A stretch of 64,000 bases of DNA from Candidatus Poribacteria bacterium (GTDB lineage Bacteria; Poribacteria; WGA-4E; WGA-3G): NCBI GenBank assembly GCA_963663765.2, contig CAXXUA010000005.1:1280001-1344000 (forward strand), read 5' to 3'. The notes under the pieces are model-generated. The model saw only the letters and a list, made by a program, of their open reading frames with translations, did not search any database and was not told where the DNA came from. How positions within the stretch are numbered: position 1 is the stretch's first letter; each line of letters begins with the position of its first letter. A program made the translations under genes and the position numbers. This document shows positions 59,696-64,000 of this stretch, piece by piece.

Positions 59696-60880
59696 ATGTT
59701 AGGTGAACGATTGAAAAGATTTAGAATCGCTCGTGGTATGTCTCTTGTTGACCTTGAAACTGCTATTGATCGTTTAGTTAGCAGCTCAACTTTGTCAAAA
59801 TATGAAAAGGGAACCTTACAACCATCAGCAAAGACACTTAATCAAATTGCTGCTGCACTCGGCATTAAGTCGGCACAATTGTGGGGTGAACCGCCTTGTG
59901 ATGTTGAACCGATTGCTTTCCGAATGCGTACTAAATTGGGTAAAAAGGAACAAGAACGAATAAAAGCTTTTGTAGCGGAAGAGGTCGAAAAACGGGTCTG
60001 GCTGCAGCAACAAATATCTGAACAGAACACGCTTGAACTTCCAATTTTGGGCATCTCAGTCCAAAACCTTGATGGTGCTGAAGAAGCCGCATATACCCTA
60101 CGAAACATACTGAACTTGGGAATTGACCCAATCGAAAACCTTATGGGTGTGCTTGAAGATCATGGTATTTACATTATTGTGGTCAATGCAAGCGAAAGTT
60201 TTGATGGTATTTCTTTTGTAGCACGAGATGAACACGATAATGTCATCGCAGCTGCGATCGCAATCCGTAGCGATGTTCCAGGTGACCGCCAACGCCTTAA
60301 CATCAGCCATGAACTTGGACATCTCATCTTAGATATAAACAAAAACCTTGATCCAGAAAAAGCCGCTTTTCGATTCGGTGCTGCTTTTCTTGCACCTGCT
60401 GAGCAGTTGCGTAAGGATGTTGGTCAAAATAGAAAACGTTTTGATAAAAAACAACTTTTCGACCTCAAAAATCGCTACGGTATGAGTATTCAAGCAATAC
60501 TCTATCGACTCAAAGATTTGGAGATTATTACTGACGCCTACTATAAGAAATGGTGTGTTGACATCAACAAATTGGGTTGGAAAAAGATCGAACCGATAGA
60601 CATATTGCCTGAAAAACCAGAGCGATTTTGCCAACAGGTCCAGCATGCCCTCTCCAATGGATTGATAACCGAAAAGGATGTAGAACGCCTCCTTAATCAA
60701 ACGGGACAGACAACTCCTGATAAGCCACTGAGCGAACGTCGTCAATTCTTAGCACTTCCAAAGAAAGAGAGACACCGTATCCTAAGCGAACAAGCAAAGG
60801 AGATGGCAAATTTCTACGAAAATGATAAAGAGTGGCAGGAATGGGAAGGAGGTCCCGTTGTTGAGCACCCTTATACATAA
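59696..60880 (+). CDS. XRE HTH + ImmA/IrrE metallopeptidase protein with an antitoxin-like C-terminal tail
   Basis: GERLKRFR..RGMS...LSKYEKG HTH; RQRLNISHELGH; FGAAFLAP; extra tail ERRQFLALPKKERHRIL...EWQEW. Confidence 0.88.
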   Translation: MLGERLKRFRIARGMSLVDLETAIDRLVSSSTLSKYEKGTLQPSAKTLNQIAAALGIKSAQLWGEPPCDVEPIAFRMRTKLGKKEQERIKAFVAEEVEKRVWLQQQISEQNTLELPILGISVQNLDGAEEAAYTLRNILNLGIDPIENLMGVLEDHGIYIIVVNASESFDGISFVARDEHDNVIAAAIAIRSDVPGDRQRLNISHELGHLILDINKNLDPEKAAFRFGAAFLAPAEQLRKDVGQNRKRFDKKQLFDLKNRYGMSIQAILYRLKDLEIITDAYYKKWCVDINKLGWKKIEPIDILPEKPERFCQQVQHALSNGLITEKDVERLLNQTGQTTPDKPLSERRQFLALPKKERHRILSEQAKEMANFYENDKEWQEWEGGPVVEHPYT

Positions 60881-61223
60881 TCCAAGAAGGGGAGAAGTTT
60901 GGGATGTAGACTTCAGAGGATACATCGGGACAGAGATTCAAAAAACACGTCCTGCCGTGGTAGTAAATGTCAATAGTATTAAACATCTGAAAATAAGATT
61001 AATTGCTCCTATCACAAGTTGGAATGAAAAATATTCAATAAAAATTTGGTTCATAAACATTAAACCCAATGATTTCAATGGCTTGAGTTGGGAATCAGCA
61101 GTTGATACCATGCAAATCAAGGGAGCAGATGTTCAACGTTTTGTTGAAAAACGTGGTAAACTCACCGCAGCACAGATGGATGATATTACCGCAGCAATTG
61201 CAGCAATTATTGATTTTCAATAA
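60858..61223 (+). CDS. PemK/MazF-family toxin
   Basis: PRRGEVWDVDF, GTEIQKTRPAVVV, APITS; AAGGAGG RBS before TTG; overlaps the upstream gene. Confidence 0.9.
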   Translation: MLSTLIHNPRRGEVWDVDFRGYIGTEIQKTRPAVVVNVNSIKHLKIRLIAPITSWNEKYSIKIWFINIKPNDFNGLSWESAVDTMQIKGADVQRFVEKRGKLTAAQMDDITAAIAAIIDFQ

Positions 61224-61384
61224 TTACGAATCGTGTTAAATAACTTTTTTCAACAATGTTTTACAATAAAAGTTTCTTCCAGTACAATGAACAAAAACGA
61301 CATAATAACCTTATTCTTTTTCCAACCGTACATTATACCGATAGGTTGTAGAAAAGATTCTGTCATCCGTATATTTTCCTAAAC

Positions 61385-62980
61385 CTAAGTCCGATGTGAA
61401 GGTACTTCCTGTACCACAGGAATGACATAAGACCTTATAGTCACCTCATCTATCGTCTCTGTTTGGACGCGTGGTTCCGGTTCGGCACGATGATCAAAAA
61501 CGACGTAATATCCTTCGCGCACACGTTCTAATTGGAGATACGCGGACAGTTGTTTCTTACCTGCATCATAGAACCGTTCTCCCTCCCAAATCTTTGTTTC
61601 AACGATGTATTTATTACCACCGTGAACGATAATCATGTCCATCCTGCCACGTCCCGTTTGTGTTTCAAGGAACATTGCACCCCGAATCAGACTGACAAAC
61701 TGGTCAAGATAGGCGTATAAAAGGTCTTGACCAACAAATTCTTTCGGAGTTTCTGGTACTTGGAGTATCCGAAACCCTACGCGGGCAATGAAATTCTGGA
61801 AGTTGTCAAGAAGCAGTTCCATATTGATTTGCCCCGTCGGTGTGAGATAGTCCATAAAATCGGTGTCTTCAGGTAGGTAGTCCTGCTCAAGTCCATTTAT
61901 CTCAGGTTTGAATGCCTGTAGAATGCAGTACTGGTAAATTGGATTTACTATTTGACACATCCCATCCTGTGCTTTACCAATCACACCGAGTGTAGTCAGT
62001 TCACTGATGATGTCTCTGCGTGGGTTGAAGCGTACACCCCTTTCATAAGAAACGATTTGCATCAGGATTTGTTTAAAACGATGGTCTCTACGGATATTTG
62101 TCATCAGATGTGTGAGATTGGTGTTATCTTCTTCGCATATATCTATGTGTGCCCGTGAAAAGTGCGTCATCGTGATTGGTTCATTTTTCGGAATGTCCAT
62201 CTCTTCTGTGAGTATCTGAGCGAATCGGTTGACGAGGAAGGGTTGTCCAGCAGTCTGTCTGTGGATATTTTCAATTACGTCTGGATCAATAGTTTGACCA
62301 ACTTCATCTGTCCACTGTGTGAGTAATTCACGCACCTGATCCAAAGTGAAGTTCGACAATATGAATTCGTCCTGTATATTGAAAGGTGAAATAGAGCGGT
62401 CAAGATTAAGTTGTGTAATGCTTTTAACACCTACAATACTGACGCTGAAGGGACATTCACGCATAGAACGTTGGACATAGATAGTACGGAGTGCATGCAA
62501 GAAACCACTGACTGCATCACTGGGAATACCGTCAAATTCGTCTATGATTAGCACTAATTTCTCAATGTCAAGAAAACTGTCAAAATGTTGAAAGAATTCA
62601 AGCATTTTAGCGTGATCAGTTATTTTTGTGTTTTCCAAGAATTCGGTTAAATCTTCAGAAGGGACAGCACCACGTTTCTGAAAAACGCGATCTATCTGTT
62701 CATAAATTCTTTTATTAAGGGAGGTATAGAAATCGGACGCGCTAAAGTTGACATACATCTCAAAATTTAGTTCAATTGGGAAGTATGTTTCTGTCCGATC
62801 GGCTGTGAGTACATCAAGTGCCCATTGGAAGAATGTCGTTTTGCCTGTCTGTCGAGGGGCAAATATGACGATATAACGACCTTGCTTGACGCGGCTGATA
62901 AAATCATTGAGTTCTGTCTTACGTGAGACAACGTAATGATCTTCAGGATTCACGGGACCGTAGGTGCTGAATGTCTTCAT
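61385..62980 (-). CDS. AAA-like ATPase with C-terminal PD-(D/E)xK nuclease domain
   Basis: APRQTGKTT, LIIDEFD, SPFNI, TAGQPFLVN; GRMDMII...IVETKIW. Confidence 0.82.
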   Translation of the reverse strand: MKTFSTYGPVNPEDHYVVSRKTELNDFISRVKQGRYIVIFAPRQTGKTTFFQWALDVLTADRTETYFPIELNFEMYVNFSASDFYTSLNKRIYEQIDRVFQKRGAVPSEDLTEFLENTKITDHAKMLEFFQHFDSFLDIEKLVLIIDEFDGIPSDAVSGFLHALRTIYVQRSMRECPFSVSIVGVKSITQLNLDRSISPFNIQDEFILSNFTLDQVRELLTQWTDEVGQTIDPDVIENIHRQTAGQPFLVNRFAQILTEEMDIPKNEPITMTHFSRAHIDICEEDNTNLTHLMTNIRRDHRFKQILMQIVSYERGVRFNPRRDIISELTTLGVIGKAQDGMCQIVNPIYQYCILQAFKPEINGLEQDYLPEDTDFMDYLTPTGQINMELLLDNFQNFIARVGFRILQVPETPKEFVGQDLLYAYLDQFVSLIRGAMFLETQTGRGRMDMIIVHGGNKYIVETKIWEGERFYDAGKKQLSAYLQLERVREGYYVVFDHRAEPEPRVQTETIDEVTIRSYVIPVVQEVPSHRT

Positions 62981-63027
62981 TTTTTACTCCATAACGACAC
63001 AGGGAGATATTTTGATGCGTGTGTCTG

Positions 63028-63852
63028 CTAATTTTGTGTTGTTCCTAATTCTTCCTCTAATCGCACAATATGCCGATAGGTCGTAGAGAAGATTATATCA
63101 AGCGTTGCAATGTCTCTCGCCTCAAGTGGCGCGCGTGAAAACACACGTCGCAACGATTTCAGATACGTCTCCCACTCCTCATTATATGGAGTCATACCCA
63201 CCCTATCTAACAAACGTGTGACACGTCCATAAAACTCCTCCAAAGCGTTAACTTCGGCATAGTCAATTTCTGTGAGGGGGTGTTCCTCTAAGCTTGCAGT
63301 AAAGACTTCATAAGCAAATATCTGCACAGCTTGTGCCAAGTTCAGAGACGGATTTTTGGTCGCCATCGGCACACTTGCAGTTAACTGACAGAGACTCATC
63401 TGATCTGTAGATAAACCGAAGTCTTCACGACCAAAAAGTAAGGCGACCTGCTTATCCTGTGAGATGGAAGCGATTGTTTCTGCTGCTTGTCGAGCAGTTA
63501 CAGGCGGTGGCAATCGCATATCGCGCCGACGGTGCGTCGTACCGACAAGGTACTGAACACCCTCCAGTGCATCTTTTAGTTCAGGGATAATAATTGCATT
63601 TTCCAGCACGTCCTTTGCTCCGTGTGCCATATACCACGCAGCGTCTACATTTTGAAACGGAACAGGATTGACGAGGTAAAGTTGAGGTAGTCCCATCCCT
63701 TTTACAACTCTGGCAACAGAGCCGATGTTTCCCGGTTCGCGTGGTTCAAAAAGGATAATCCGTATGTTCGTAAGATTATCTGGTGTTTCTACGGGTAATG
63801 CACGAAAACTCTCTGCGGGTTGGTTTGGTTTTGTGGAGGTGTCGTTTGGCAT
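63028..63852 (-). CDS. TrmJ/LasT-family SPOUT RNA methyltransferase
   Basis: EPREPGNIGSVAR, LFGREDFGLS, SLNLAQAV. Confidence 0.9.
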   Translation of the reverse strand: MPNDTSTKPNQPAESFRALPVETPDNLTNIRIILFEPREPGNIGSVARVVKGMGLPQLYLVNPVPFQNVDAAWYMAHGAKDVLENAIIIPELKDALEGVQYLVGTTHRRRDMRLPPPVTARQAAETIASISQDKQVALLFGREDFGLSTDQMSLCQLTASVPMATKNPSLNLAQAVQIFAYEVFTASLEEHPLTEIDYAEVNALEEFYGRVTRLLDRVGMTPYNEEWETYLKSLRRVFSRAPLEARDIATLDIIFSTTYRHIVRLEEELGTTQN

Positions 63853-63875
63853 AATAATTGTACAGGATTTTCAGG

Positions 63876-64000
63876 TTAACCTTGGGTATCGTCAATGACT
63901 AAATACACCAAAGACGTTCCCTCAATATGTTGGATATTTTTGAATTCCTTTCCCGCTGCATACATCTCATTTAATGCAGTAGTCAATCCCGGCCACCACT
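63876..64000 (-). CDS. 3' end of a gene running off the window (possibly a methyltransferase)
   Basis: Open frame ...WWPGLTTALNEMYAAGKEFKNIQHIEGTSLVYLVIDDTQG*; product is a weak guess. Confidence 0.5.
   Translation of the reverse strand, partial: WWPGLTTALNEMYAAGKEFKNIQHIEGTSLVYLVIDDTQG

Overview
This is a 64-kb bacterial chromosomal segment spanning the replication origin. It most likely comes from Candidatus Poribacteria, an inference from C-terminal 'SVSSTGKLSVRWGELK' motifs, a PhyH dioxygenase, a giant ECF-sigma/beta-propeller fusion and UBact. Core genes: recF-oriC-dnaA, with DnaA boxes and DnaA-trios but no dnaN; rpmH-ispH; a complete UBact-type proteasome operon (arc-dop-ubact-prcB-prcA-pafA); lpdA; metK-ahcY-pfkB; rpsA with very long acidic tails; der; aspS with a 77-aa insertion; a TrmJ-family methyltransferase. 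Accessory content: a TnpB-only IS200/IS605 element inserted into a repeated palindrome, so its predicted guide nearly matches a second chromosomal site next to the inferred TTTAT TAM; several two-gene defence/toxin-antitoxin-like modules (ABC-ATPase+Toprim/DUF4276-like, ParA+HEPN, ABC-ATPase+PIN-like, XRE/ImmA+MazF), two of them with a broken effector gene; and intergenic DNA full of small inverted-repeat-bounded elements (one family with 5-bp target duplications) carrying GTAG/GTGG REP-like hairpins. No rRNA, tRNA or CRISPR array was seen. Family assignments come from motif recognition only; no database search was run.
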